Shown here: in pieces, positions 22,601 to 30,934 of the stretch | How positions within the stretch are numbered: the first letter of the stretch is position 1 | Layout: each line of letters starts with the position of its first letter | Source of the DNA: a virus | Taxonomy: Duplodnaviria > Heunggongvirae > Uroviricota > Caudoviricetes | IMG/VR virus record: IMGVR_UViG_3300009500_000011 | Location: 40,585-104,584 of that record | Reading direction: 5' to 3' (one strand) | DNA length: 64,000 bases | Translations under genes and position numbers: made by a program | The notes under the pieces: model-generated | The model's database searches: none | What the model saw: only the letters and a program-made list of their open reading frames with translations | Told to the model about the DNA's origin: nothing

Positions 22601-22959
22601 ATAATATTGCAGGAACACATCAAGGTCAAATTACAACATTAAAGAAACGTCTAAATACTTTAATTACAGGAAATTGTTTTTTTGATGAAAATAAATTAAT
22701 ATTTGAAATATTAGATGAACTTGTAGTTCATGGTGTTGACAAACAAAATCGTTATAAACGATTATTAGTATTTGGCCCACAAAAAATAAATATTCCAAAA
22801 AATTATATTTTATTTATAGACTCATTTAATGAGTTAAAAACAAACAAAATTGGGGATTCACTTGGTAACAATTCAATTGTAATAGGATTAAATTCAGATA
22901 GATTCTATACACAATGGCCAATACTTCCGCAATATTTGATTCAGGAGGGTAGCCTTTAA
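19660..22959 (+). CDS. Tail fibre/adhesin-like protein with IPT/TIG and Ig-like (Big2-type) repeats (paralog B)
   Basis: Motifs 'TITLNGTNL', 'ETLEINGTGFGSSGVVNF', 'SIAITPSTSTIIVGSQENL' and 'QWYVNG...GLYTAP'; paralogous to 15529-19659. Confidence 0.65.
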   Translation: MSEILNFTLPSIATNVNAIICLYDPKPPLQYQQTPYGGYEILTGSQLQRNSGVASAGFPSSPNAAIGQSQVYPLPANAYGIALPSQIFGTPTSGDNFSVITINTGVARVEPGFSRLRIDWVDSNQANQSTYFDCPFYEAFRVTARELNNIIAYVEEAFNLIQLEINNLVQELAYLSEREFWRGTSVSGQLQWTGATEGLVSGPLVSSDFSDALVRKKSLNQPKSTPVFTDRNSNTDVPIATLYAGVSDAGSGGLAKTPTGNCNYAYFDNPGNYKGTALVAENTDGTVSILIWDSNTFSSLSSSNQNSVAVGFTCGDGDQIDAAASNGVELGAVGCIGYEMVSTGGNGYPTRLNYCSGVPFDYVNLTCSTGATVHVARFVCTPTVAPGTQLYLGSCNGEVNGSATSSIGNDTTWYDYTGAENQYFTYQPSDVSIAITPSTSTIIVGSQENLECIGTQSDGSTNDVTQECTWTVVSGSGSFPSPGLFQSPSSVSANGETTIVQATLSSLTATATIFVNPPYTAPTFTVSTAANGCCPTGPNSTITLNGTNLNSSFTVYINDLSHPATNVNYVSSQEITCTIPNGIPPGTCTVILDDGTHPDVTSTFTLLGSPTIFSIVDETTGESGAGGAGETLEINGTGFGSSGVVNFTDSYGDFYQPSSVQWSDTQISFIIPENMTKGTYTLNLQAYCGTVTAPFTCTHDEYIGPPPILVIIPQNVSLYPTQVQNFEAYELKQNETPVDVTNQVQWYVNGIPNGDSTDGTISAAGLYTAPSSIGSDSNFTATISATITYEAVPDDGYDGTALSATSVATINQPTEANSPVAHLSVTSQINVFLGDGRAGYIPTGTTYQANPGDYVYVKFQEKINPTTSIPIASNTDIQTLSFHSMNALNPNISQELYNVTPVGINADGTIQTYRSVVLGIIDPTDGNWHSMWDIGLPPVPVNYSDSLVTHDMKSLMPISADVLPAFSSGNEFSGSVIDYIDNIAGTHQGQITTLKKRLNTLITGNCFFDENKLIFEILDELVVHGVDKQNRYKRLLVFGPQKINIPKNYILFIDSFNELKTNKIGDSLGNNSIVIGLNSDRFYTQWPILPQYLIQEGSL

Positions 22960-22976
22960 AGACTATTAAATAATAA

Positions 22977-23255
22977 ATGCGTTTTCTATGCTTACTTCTC
23001 GTCATATTTTTAATGGGCGCGAATGTAAACAAAGATATGATTACAAATTCTAGCATAGACGAAAATAAGTTAAAAAATCATATTGTTCATAATATAATTA
23101 TTAAAAATCAAATATATAAATTAGATGAAAAGTTACCTCCAGTAACATTAGAAAATTGTAGAAAATGGACAACTACAAAAATATCATTCTGCGTTTACAA
23201 CGGAACCACTTGGCTTTGTTATGAAAAAGGTCAAAAAGAATGTATTTTGGTATAA
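22977..23255 (+). CDS. Small secreted/membrane-anchored hypothetical protein
   Basis: Hydrophobic N-terminus MRFLCLLLVIFLMGA and several Cys residues. Confidence 0.4.
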   Translation: MRFLCLLLVIFLMGANVNKDMITNSSIDENKLKNHIVHNIIIKNQIYKLDEKLPPVTLENCRKWTTTKISFCVYNGTTWLCYEKGQKECILV

Positions 23256-23280
23256 ATTGGTATTAACAAATTCAAAAAAC

Positions 23281-23310
23281 TTGCTTACTTTAGGAATAGA
23301 CGCATATAGT
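23281..23310 (+). promoter_or_regulatory. Sigma70-like promoter
   Basis: TTGCTT-N18-TATAGT upstream of a gene with AGGAG SD. Confidence 0.45.
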
Positions 23311-23348
23311 CTTTAATCTATCGACAACCGCGCTTTAGGAGAAAAAAC

Positions 23349-23708
23349 ATGGCTTTAATTTCATTCGGCCAAACATTCCGTACATCTAATGTCGGATTTG
23401 GTTTAAAAAATCCTGGAACTGAAAACGTAATTGTTTCTTTACTTGGACTTAACATCGCAGCAGGCACAACAGAAGTTGTTCCACTTGACCTTTTCGATGC
23501 TTATTATTTCAATCCTCGTCATCCACAAGTTTACAATGTAAAACCTGATGGTTCACCATATGTTAACGATGTTGTTGATTTAGCAAAAATGATTGCAACT
23601 GGTACACTTCATGTTACCACAACTACATATGTTGCATCTTCAAATACTTTTACAGTCGGAGCAAGTGCCGCACCAACTGTTGCAGGAAGCTCAATCTTCT
23701 TTGCATAA
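23349..23708 (+). CDS. Hypothetical, likely abundant protein (possible virion decoration protein)
   Basis: Strong SD; enriched in TTC/AAC/ATC/CGT codons typical of highly expressed genes; beta-rich. Confidence 0.45.
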   Translation: MALISFGQTFRTSNVGFGLKNPGTENVIVSLLGLNIAAGTTEVVPLDLFDAYYFNPRHPQVYNVKPDGSPYVNDVVDLAKMIATGTLHVTTTTYVASSNTFTVGASAAPTVAGSSIFFA

Positions 23709-23739
23709 ATCTTAAATCAATGAGATTGGTCCTTCGAAT

Positions 23740-24051
23740 ATGGATTCAAATTTGGACCGCCTTTTCATTCAAGGCAAATTAAGTGAAGAAGAATATTGTG
23801 CCCTTGCAATGAATGAAGGACAAGTTGTTGCTATCGCAGTTTGTGAAAAAGATAGAATAACTACAATCTCATTATCATTATCGAAATCAGGTTATTTAGG
23901 TGAAGTTCTATATTCTCCAGACTTAGAAAAACCAGATGAGAAATTTCTTTCAAAAGAAAATAATTTTGATATGGCAAGAAATGCATTCCTAAAGCGTATC
24001 GGAGCTTTGGAAAACACAGGACGACACAAATTTGAAACTACTTGGTTTTAA
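23740..24051 (+). CDS. Hypothetical protein
   Basis: 103-aa ORF, last gene of the + block. Confidence 0.55.
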   Translation: MDSNLDRLFIQGKLSEEEYCALAMNEGQVVAIAVCEKDRITTISLSLSKSGYLGEVLYSPDLEKPDEKFLSKENNFDMARNAFLKRIGALENTGRHKFETTWF

Positions 24052-24054
24052 AAG

Positions 24055-24080
24055 AATAAGGGCCTTAATTGGCCCTTATT
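24055..24080. terminator. Probable bidirectional intrinsic terminator
   Basis: Perfect inverted repeat AATAAGGGCC-ttaatt-GGCCCTTATT between convergent gene blocks, with A/T-rich flanks. Confidence 0.8.
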
Positions 24081-24789
24081 TCATTAGAAATTCTCTTATT
24101 TGAGAGTTTCTTTTTAATTTTTCTTTAGCTCTTTTAAGTAAAAGTTCAATTTCTTTTTCTGATTTTTGTAATTTAAAACTTATTTCTTTTAAATTGTATT
24201 TATCACCATTTGTCAAAATACCTGAGCGTAATAAAAATGTTATTCTTTCATTTTTTGGTAACGTATTAATTGCGCCCCATACATTATTTGGTAAATATTT
24301 TTTTTCAAATTCTTCATAAGTTGAATCATAAAAATTATTATTTTTAATAGAAACATCATCAGATTGAGAAGAATCAAAATTTCTTTGCAATTGTATAGGT
24401 TTCATTATTTCTTTGTATAATTTATTTATTTGTTCTTCTTTCGATTTATCTGTATTCCAAACAAAATTTCTTGCAATATTATTTGGAATATGAACAGGTA
24501 AATTTTTGCAATAGGTATCGAACATTGCCGATACAATATCCCAATGAATGAAAGATAGCAACTTTACATTTTTTTTAATATTGTATTTTTGAATACCTTG
24601 AATAAATCCTAAAATTGCGCTTTGATAAAGGTCCTCAATAGGAACATCTTCTTTAAATGCTTTAAAATATTGATTTACTAATTTCCAAATGTAACCTTCA
24701 TGACCGTATATCAATCTTTCTAATGCATATGAATTTTTGTTTTTTAAATATTCCTGAATGAGGACTTTTTCTTGTACCTCATGCAGCAT
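24076..24789 (-). CDS. Sigma70-family RNA polymerase sigma factor (regions 2 and 4)
   Basis: Region 2 'DLYQSAILGFIQGIQKYNIKKNVKLLSFIHW'; region 4 'LPKNERITFLLRSGI...YNLKEIS'. Confidence 0.85.
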   Translation of the reverse strand: MLHEVQEKVLIQEYLKNKNSYALERLIYGHEGYIWKLVNQYFKAFKEDVPIEDLYQSAILGFIQGIQKYNIKKNVKLLSFIHWDIVSAMFDTYCKNLPVHIPNNIARNFVWNTDKSKEEQINKLYKEIMKPIQLQRNFDSSQSDDVSIKNNNFYDSTYEEFEKKYLPNNVWGAINTLPKNERITFLLRSGILTNGDKYNLKEISFKLQKSEKEIELLLKRAKEKLKRNSQIREFLMK

Positions 24790-24792
24790 AAC

Positions 24793-25644
24793 TTATAACA
24801 ATTCTTTCCTTGGAACAGCCTTCTTTTGATTAAATGGGTCACGTAAATTTTTTATAAGAATTCGTTTAGCTTTTTTAAATGTTTTATCTACATCAATAAC
24901 GTCTAATTTTAATCTTTCAGAAATATCTTCAATTGAATATTTTGTACCATCTTCTAAACCAGTACGCATATTAAATATTTTGATTTCTTTAGATGTTAAT
25001 TTTTTTAGAGCAGAAGAAACCATTGGAGAAAATATTTCTTTAATGCTATCTTCAAAGGTTGGGTCAGCAATTTTTACGCCATTTTCATTATATTGAATTT
25101 CAAAATTATTTGAAGAACGGCCTTCTTTATTGCGAAAATCTTCTGTTAATGCATCCAAAGATTCGCCCTTCATTCCAATTTTAGCGATTCTTTTATTTTC
25201 TAAAGACTTTGGAGTTTGAGGACTTTTTTCATCAATTTTTTTAAAATGTATGGCTCTTAAAATATGTGCAGGAATATGAACAGGATGTGCATGATGCCAT
25301 GCTTCTTGCATCTGAGCATTTATTTTAGTGTGAGCATAAGTTAAAAATCTTAATGGTTGACCAAAATTTGGTGAATCTTCGTTATCCACTAACCTTGTCA
25401 AATCAAATTCTTGTGCGGCACGTATAAATCCTAATCTTGCTTGTTGTACAAGGTCTTCAAATTCTACTACCTTATTAAATTGTGTAAATGCTTTTGATGC
25501 TAATTGTTGAACATATGGATTGTGCGCTTCTAATAATTCTTGAAGGGCATAATTATTTCCATTTTCTTGATAATCACGTATTAATTCGCGTTCTAATTCT
25601 CTTGATATGTGTTTTGTTTTTTTTGTTTTAATTGTATTTGGCAT
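24793..25644 (-). CDS. Sigma70-family RNA polymerase sigma factor (regions 2 and 4)
   Basis: Region 2 'EDLVQQARLGFIRAAQEFD...RFLTYA'; region 4 'LTSKEIKIFNMRTGLEDGTKYSIEDIS'. Confidence 0.9.
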   Translation of the reverse strand: MPNTIKTKKTKHISRELERELIRDYQENGNNYALQELLEAHNPYVQQLASKAFTQFNKVVEFEDLVQQARLGFIRAAQEFDLTRLVDNEDSPNFGQPLRFLTYAHTKINAQMQEAWHHAHPVHIPAHILRAIHFKKIDEKSPQTPKSLENKRIAKIGMKGESLDALTEDFRNKEGRSSNNFEIQYNENGVKIADPTFEDSIKEIFSPMVSSALKKLTSKEIKIFNMRTGLEDGTKYSIEDISERLKLDVIDVDKTFKKAKRILIKNLRDPFNQKKAVPRKELL

Positions 25645-25701
25645 AAGTTTCCTTATTAGTAATGATTGCTATTCCTAGTTTACACGTTGTTAATTTGCTA
25701 T

Positions 25702-28251
25702 TCAAGTATCTTTTGTTTCTTTTTTATTGAATACACTTATAAAGTTGTTTACAGTTTCAAGTCCTTCAATTAAATATGATTCGTATTCTGGTTCATATTT
25801 TCCAAAAGCAAAGTATGGCTCGCCTTTAAATATTTTAGATGAAAATTGCATGTAAATTGATGAAAACATAACCCACCTTTGCTTTTCACCATCTAAGTTT
25901 GTTGCCGTCATAAAAGCCATATTATTTCCATTTTTATCAGGTTTTACAAATAAATCTTCTATAACTCCACAAGTTGCAAACTTATTTTTTTTCGCGACAA
26001 CATTTTTAAAACTCTCAAAATATTTTTTTACAGAATTAATATGTTTAATAATAGCATCTTCAAAAGGGAACCCAAAAACTTCTCTTTCAAATTTAAGTTT
26101 TTCATTCTCTTCCCAATCAACAACAACAATATCTATGTTTTTACGGCCTGCTTTTTTAGGTCCATCTTCTTCATCAAACATATCAATTGTTTCATAATCT
26201 GATTTTTTTGCAGCACCTTTAGCGATTAATATTTTGGCTAATGTTAATGCCCTGTTTGGAGATATATCATCAAAAGCACCAGATTTGACCAATGGTTCTA
26301 AAGCACGACGACTTACAATTCGCCAAGTTATATCACGACTCAAGAAATCATCTAACGATGTAAATGGTCCATGCTGTTCTCTATTTTCAACAATAGAAGC
26401 AGCAGCCTTTTCGCCCACACCTTTAATCATTTCTAATCCGCTAAATATACTGTTGGTTTCAGCATCAATAGAAAACTTTATATGTGATTTATTTATATTA
26501 GGTTTACGGATAGAGTAATTATTTTTTTGAATCGTTCTTATATAATCTTTAACTTTATCTTCTTTTAAAATATTATGTGTTAACAAAGATGTAAAAAATT
26601 CAAGAGGATAAAATGCTCTAAAAAAAGCGGTTTGATAGCTGATAAGAGAGTAAGATACGGCATGTGCTTTATTAAAACCATATCTTGCGAATGGCAAAAT
26701 TGTATTCCAAGCACCCAACGCTTGTTCGCGGGTTGCTCCATTTTTTACAGAATCTTCGACAAATTGCTTTTCCATTTCTTCAACGTAAGCAATTGTTTTA
26801 GGGTCCGTTCTTAATAATTCGGGCTTAATTTTTGTAAAATATTTACGAATTTTTTCTGCTGAAGCAAACGAACATCCAGTCATATTCATTACAATTCTTG
26901 AAATATCTTCTTGGAACACAGCAATACCCATAGAAGGCCCAAGAATTTCACTTAATTGTGGAGCAGGGAATGTAATTTTATCTCGACCGTGACGGCGCTC
27001 AACAAAACGCACATGTGCGCCTTTGGCTTTAGCATATTCGTGTGGCTCTGTGTCTTTATCTATAGGCATACCATCTTTATCTAAATGACAGTCCATTGCG
27101 CCGGGACGATAAAGTGATGTTATATAATATAAATCTGCAAATTCGGTGGGACCATAGGATTTAGCAAATTCAGTAATTCCTCTAGGTTCAAATTGAAATA
27201 TGCCTTCTGTTTTTCCTTCTGCAATGATATTAAATATAGGCTTAATATTTAGACATAATTTGTCTAAATCAATTAACTTAACATCTTGACCTTGTAGATT
27301 CTTTCTGCTAATAAAGGGTAATTTAAAATTTGTTGAGCAATCTTTGCCTTCTTCTTTACATGCACAGGGACTATCTGAATTTTCATCAAGATTATATCTC
27401 TGAACAACAAGTAAATTGGCATCTTCTAAAACTCTTAAAGTATTAAGACCAAGTAAATCAATTTTAATACCACCCATTGACCCTAATTCACTAACGCCTT
27501 GGCCTTCTGTCCATTCTGTGCATATTTCATCTTTACTTCGGCGAATAGGAAATGTTTGAGCGAATGGTTCTGGAAGAATTAAAACTCCAGCAGCATGTTG
27601 ACCTGCGTATTTTGGAAGTCCTAATAATGATTTGAAGTGAGAGAAAATATAAGGATATTTACGCTGAAAATCTTCAATATCTTCATTATTAAATTCAATA
27701 CCTTCATCATTATCTATATCATCATCGGTAGAAATTTCTTGGTCAATTTTAAGACCTAATTTTTTGGCAAGTTGACGAACTTCTTCAAGAGGAATAAGTC
27801 TTTCTCCGTCCTCATCTTTAAATAATCTTGTAATATCGTTTAACAATGATTTAAATTTGTATTTGCCATACGTCCCAATATTACATACTCTATCTTCACC
27901 ATATTTTTGAATTGCATAATCTTTAACAGATGCGTTATCTGCAAAGTCATTATCTATATCTGGGAGGGCAGATGGAGCCACCGGATAATGAAATGAAATT
28001 TTACCCGGAGACATAGAAGTTATACCAAGTTCAAAGGCTATTTGAGAATGGCATTCATTAACTGGACGCGCTGTAGAAATTTTTTCAATATGTATTGCTT
28101 GATAGGCTTTTAAAAAAGATTCAGGAATAAAGGAAGGGGCTTCTTCTAAAAGTTCTAATTCTTTCTTTATTCTGGGTGTTATTTCTAATTTAGCTTTTAC
28201 TAATTTTTTTAAAAGCTCAAACGATTTATTAATTGTTATTTGTGATGACAT
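25702..28251 (-). CDS. dnaE: DNA polymerase III alpha (DnaE), C-terminal subunit: palm Asp triad, thumb, fingers, HhH and OB
   Basis: Motifs PDIDNDF, GQHAAGV, KIDLLGL, GIFQFE, LYRPG, YGFNKAHA, IKGVG and 'KNGNNMAF'. ATG at 28251 is preferred over TTG at 28257. Confidence 0.93.
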   Translation of the reverse strand: MSSQITINKSFELLKKLVKAKLEITPRIKKELELLEEAPSFIPESFLKAYQAIHIEKISTARPVNECHSQIAFELGITSMSPGKISFHYPVAPSALPDIDNDFADNASVKDYAIQKYGEDRVCNIGTYGKYKFKSLLNDITRLFKDEDGERLIPLEEVRQLAKKLGLKIDQEISTDDDIDNDEGIEFNNEDIEDFQRKYPYIFSHFKSLLGLPKYAGQHAAGVLILPEPFAQTFPIRRSKDEICTEWTEGQGVSELGSMGGIKIDLLGLNTLRVLEDANLLVVQRYNLDENSDSPCACKEEGKDCSTNFKLPFISRKNLQGQDVKLIDLDKLCLNIKPIFNIIAEGKTEGIFQFEPRGITEFAKSYGPTEFADLYYITSLYRPGAMDCHLDKDGMPIDKDTEPHEYAKAKGAHVRFVERRHGRDKITFPAPQLSEILGPSMGIAVFQEDISRIVMNMTGCSFASAEKIRKYFTKIKPELLRTDPKTIAYVEEMEKQFVEDSVKNGATREQALGAWNTILPFARYGFNKAHAVSYSLISYQTAFFRAFYPLEFFTSLLTHNILKEDKVKDYIRTIQKNNYSIRKPNINKSHIKFSIDAETNSIFSGLEMIKGVGEKAAASIVENREQHGPFTSLDDFLSRDITWRIVSRRALEPLVKSGAFDDISPNRALTLAKILIAKGAAKKSDYETIDMFDEEDGPKKAGRKNIDIVVVDWEENEKLKFEREVFGFPFEDAIIKHINSVKKYFESFKNVVAKKNKFATCGVIEDLFVKPDKNGNNMAFMTATNLDGEKQRWVMFSSIYMQFSSKIFKGEPYFAFGKYEPEYESYLIEGLETVNNFISVFNKKETKDT

Positions 28252-29648
28252 TCGCAAGCCTTTAATATTTCTTCTTCATTTAATGACATTTTAGCAATTT
28301 CAAGTCCAAATGTAGGCATCATAATGCCTTTTGATTCATCAAGAAAACGCTCAAAATAAAGGTCAAATTCTATAGGATTTACATTAGTTATACCTAAACA
28401 ATAAGCAACTAAAGAACCCGAAGCACTTCCGCGTCCTGGCCCTACTGCTTGTTTTTGTCTAGCTGTGCCAACTAAATCTCCAACTACATTAAAGTAAGAA
28501 GCAAAACCCAATTTAGTTATTGTTTTAAGTTCTCTTTTTAATCGTGAAATGTATTCGGGTTTTGTGTGTAAACCTTTATTTATTAATCCTTTTAATGCAT
28601 TTTTTGTTAGAAAATCTTCTTGATTATCGTCATTGTTAGTTTCAAATGTTGGAAACTTTAATGATGTATCAAAAGGAAAATTTGTTATCATTGAACTTAT
28701 TTGGCGAGTATTTTTTATTGCTTCTGCTAAATATTTAAGTTCAACATCAGGCATATATTTTTGCCAAGATTTAAAAAGCATATCTTCGTTTTTAATATAC
28801 AAATCAACAAGCATATCATCATTCATAGAATAATCTTCTTGTCCTAATTGTCGAATTAAAGCCCTAGTTTCGTGGCCACCTTCTTCAACATAATGAGAAT
28901 CACAAGTAACAACCAATGGTGTTCCTGTGCTTTCAGATAATTTGATTAGTTCTACATTAACTGTTTTTTGTAAATTAATATCATTTAACTGAAGTTCTAA
29001 AAAGTAATTTCCTTTACCAAAAATACTATTAAATCTATTGATATTTTCAACAGCACCTAATGTATCTTGACCATCAATTAACTTGGCTATTCTTCCACCT
29101 AAACATGCTGAAAGAGCAATAACATCACCTTTGGTAACATATTTTTCAAGAACAGACCAATCAAGTCTTGGCTTGTAGTATGTACCATCAATGACCGCAG
29201 CATTATGCATTCTTATTAATGCAAGACAACCTTCCCAATTTTTAGCAAGTAAAATTAAATGATTATATTTACGCATTTTGTCGCGTATGATTGTTGCTTC
29301 TTCTACTTTGGTTTCAAGTTTAGATAAATTAGATTTAGATTTGGCATCTTTACTTTTATTTAAGATTTTAGCTTCTTCACGAAGTTCATCTAATTTTGCA
29401 TTTGCTACAAATACGCTTTTTTGGTCATCCACAAAATAGGCTTCCATGCCAAAGATACCTTTTATACCATATTTATCACATGCTTCTTTAAACATCAACC
29501 ATCCAGCAAGTGTGCCGTGGTCTGTGATAGATATTGAGTTCATGCCCAATTCCTTAGCGCGTTTAACAATGTCTTCGCAACGAGCTATTGAATCACCCAA
29601 ACTAAATTGTGAATGAACATGTAAGTTAGTAAAGATTTTATCTGTCAT
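28236..29648 (-). CDS. dnaE: DNA polymerase III alpha (DnaE), N-terminal subunit: PHP domain plus first palm segment
   Basis: PHP metal motifs HVHSQFS, ITDHG, GMEAY, NHLILL, SACL and CDSHY, followed by GPGRGSASGSLVAYCLGIT and FERFL. Confidence 0.93.
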   Translation of the reverse strand: MTDKIFTNLHVHSQFSLGDSIARCEDIVKRAKELGMNSISITDHGTLAGWLMFKEACDKYGIKGIFGMEAYFVDDQKSVFVANAKLDELREEAKILNKSKDAKSKSNLSKLETKVEEATIIRDKMRKYNHLILLAKNWEGCLALIRMHNAAVIDGTYYKPRLDWSVLEKYVTKGDVIALSACLGGRIAKLIDGQDTLGAVENINRFNSIFGKGNYFLELQLNDINLQKTVNVELIKLSESTGTPLVVTCDSHYVEEGGHETRALIRQLGQEDYSMNDDMLVDLYIKNEDMLFKSWQKYMPDVELKYLAEAIKNTRQISSMITNFPFDTSLKFPTFETNNDDNQEDFLTKNALKGLINKGLHTKPEYISRLKRELKTITKLGFASYFNVVGDLVGTARQKQAVGPGRGSASGSLVAYCLGITNVNPIEFDLYFERFLDESKGIMMPTFGLEIAKMSLNEEEILKACECHHK

Positions 29649-29676
29649 TTAATAAGCCTATATTAATACAAGCAGG

Positions 29677-30255
29677 CTAAGATTCATCATCAGCAGGAAC
29701 TAAAACTAAATCCATTTTATCTTCTTTTGCTTCCTGGGCTTTAATTTCTTTAAATTTAGCTTCTAACTCTTCATCGGTAAATATTTTATCACATTCATCA
29801 ATGTATAGTCCACCATTTAAATGACGCATTTCATGCCATACAGCCCTTGCCCAAAAATCCTTAAATTCGAATTCATAGAATTTTTTATTATGGTCTTGCC
29901 AACGTAATCTAACAGTATTTGGGCAAGTTACATAGCCACCTTTACCTGGCACGGAAAGACAACCTTCTATTTGTGAGTTAGTTTCATCCGAGAAAGATAA
30001 AATTTTAGGATTTACAAAATACAATGGAGGTTTGCCTTCTCCATTAGATAATGCAAACATTCGAACATTCTTACCTAATTGATTCGCAGCAATTCCTGCA
30101 ACACCCTTTTGAGAACAAATTTTTCCCATTAATTGTCCAAGTATAACAATTTCTGGGTCTTGAGGATTATCTATTGCTACACAACGTCTACGGAGAATTT
30201 TTTCAGAACGAGTTGAATTTTCATCATCTAGAGTTAAAATAGTAGTTTTTGCCAT
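29677..30255 (-). CDS. def: Peptide deformylase
   Basis: Motifs GIAANQLG, EGCLSVP and HEMRHLNG. Confidence 0.92.
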   Translation of the reverse strand: MAKTTILTLDDENSTRSEKILRRRCVAIDNPQDPEIVILGQLMGKICSQKGVAGIAANQLGKNVRMFALSNGEGKPPLYFVNPKILSFSDETNSQIEGCLSVPGKGGYVTCPNTVRLRWQDHNKKFYEFEFKDFWARAVWHEMRHLNGGLYIDECDKIFTDEELEAKFKEIKAQEAKEDKMDLVLVPADDES

Positions 30256-30262
30256 TTGTTAA

Positions 30263-30490
30263 TTATCTTCCATTAAAAATTTTAGCATAAAATTCAGCGA
30301 TTGTATATAACTCTTGCGGTGTTAAATCAATGTGGTGACCTCTACCGTTCTTAGTTACCATAACACGAATTTTATCTTTGTCAAGTAAAATTGTTTCAAA
30401 TTTTGATTTGTTTTCTTGGTCTACAAAAAACATAAATTTACTCAATTCCGAGTAAATCATTAACTTGTTAGAAGATTCTACAGTTTTCAT
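30263..30490 (-). CDS. Hypothetical protein
   Basis: ATG at 30490 overlaps the upstream TGA (ATGA coupling). Confidence 0.5.
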   Translation of the reverse strand: MKTVESSNKLMIYSELSKFMFFVDQENKSKFETILLDKDKIRVMVTKNGRGHHIDLTPQELYTIAEFYAKIFNGR

Positions 30491-30927
30491 CCTAATTCTA
30501 CTACCCAACTTTCTTTATATATCTCTTTTAATGGTACAAGCATCATTTGTGTGGCATTTCTATCGCCGCCCCAAACAGTCCTAAAATTACTATTTTGTAC
30601 ATATTCTTTTAATCTATCTTTACCCATTAGCAACATTTTTTCACCAACACATATTACCCAAAAATCTGCTTGACTAATCATTATTCCACTCGGGTCACCA
30701 TTTTTCTTAAAACATTCTATAGCTAAATTACCTGTATCAACTGCACGTAAATCATTCTTAACTTCTAGCGTTTTATTAATTTCGGGTATCTCTATATCAT
30801 AGAAAGGATTATAACCCTCTACTCTTTTAGATAAAGGATATACTTTTTGTATGGTAGTTAAAACTTTATCTTCACCCTTATGACCTAATACTATATCTTT
30901 TTTAAAATTATAATTTGATTTTCTCAT
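30487..30927 (-). CDS. PD-(D/E)xK family nuclease-like protein
   Basis: 'GHKGE...YDIEI...LEVKND...TGNLAIE' catalytic pattern. Confidence 0.65.
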   Translation of the reverse strand: MRKSNYNFKKDIVLGHKGEDKVLTTIQKVYPLSKRVEGYNPFYDIEIPEINKTLEVKNDLRAVDTGNLAIECFKKNGDPSGIMISQADFWVICVGEKMLLMGKDRLKEYVQNSNFRTVWGGDRNATQMMLVPLKEIYKESWVVELG

Positions 30928-30934
30928 AGATTAC

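Noticed and set aside
15529-22959. Diversity-generating retroelement or invertase shufflon acting on the fibre paralogs
   Set aside because: No reverse transcriptase or recombinase is in the window, there is no ~100-nt TR/VR pair with adenine-specific mismatches, and the repeats are direct and diverged.
1-24051. Bacterial extracellular contractile injection system or T6SS locus
   Set aside because: The adjoining gp32-like SSB, UvsW-like helicase, phage sigma factors, DnaE and dense small ORFs point to a phage genome rather than a chromosomal island.
28236-28290. Programmed frameshift joining the two dnaE ORFs (overlap in the -1 frame)
   Set aside because: No canonical X XXY YYZ slippery heptamer (only A TTA AAG), and a fusion would contain the palm segment twice. 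Separate coupled translation is simpler.
27900-28400. Cyanobacterial-type split intein in dnaE
   Set aside because: There is no Cys/Ser-started N-intein or HN-C/S/T C-intein motif at either end, and the break site differs from the Ssp DnaE site.
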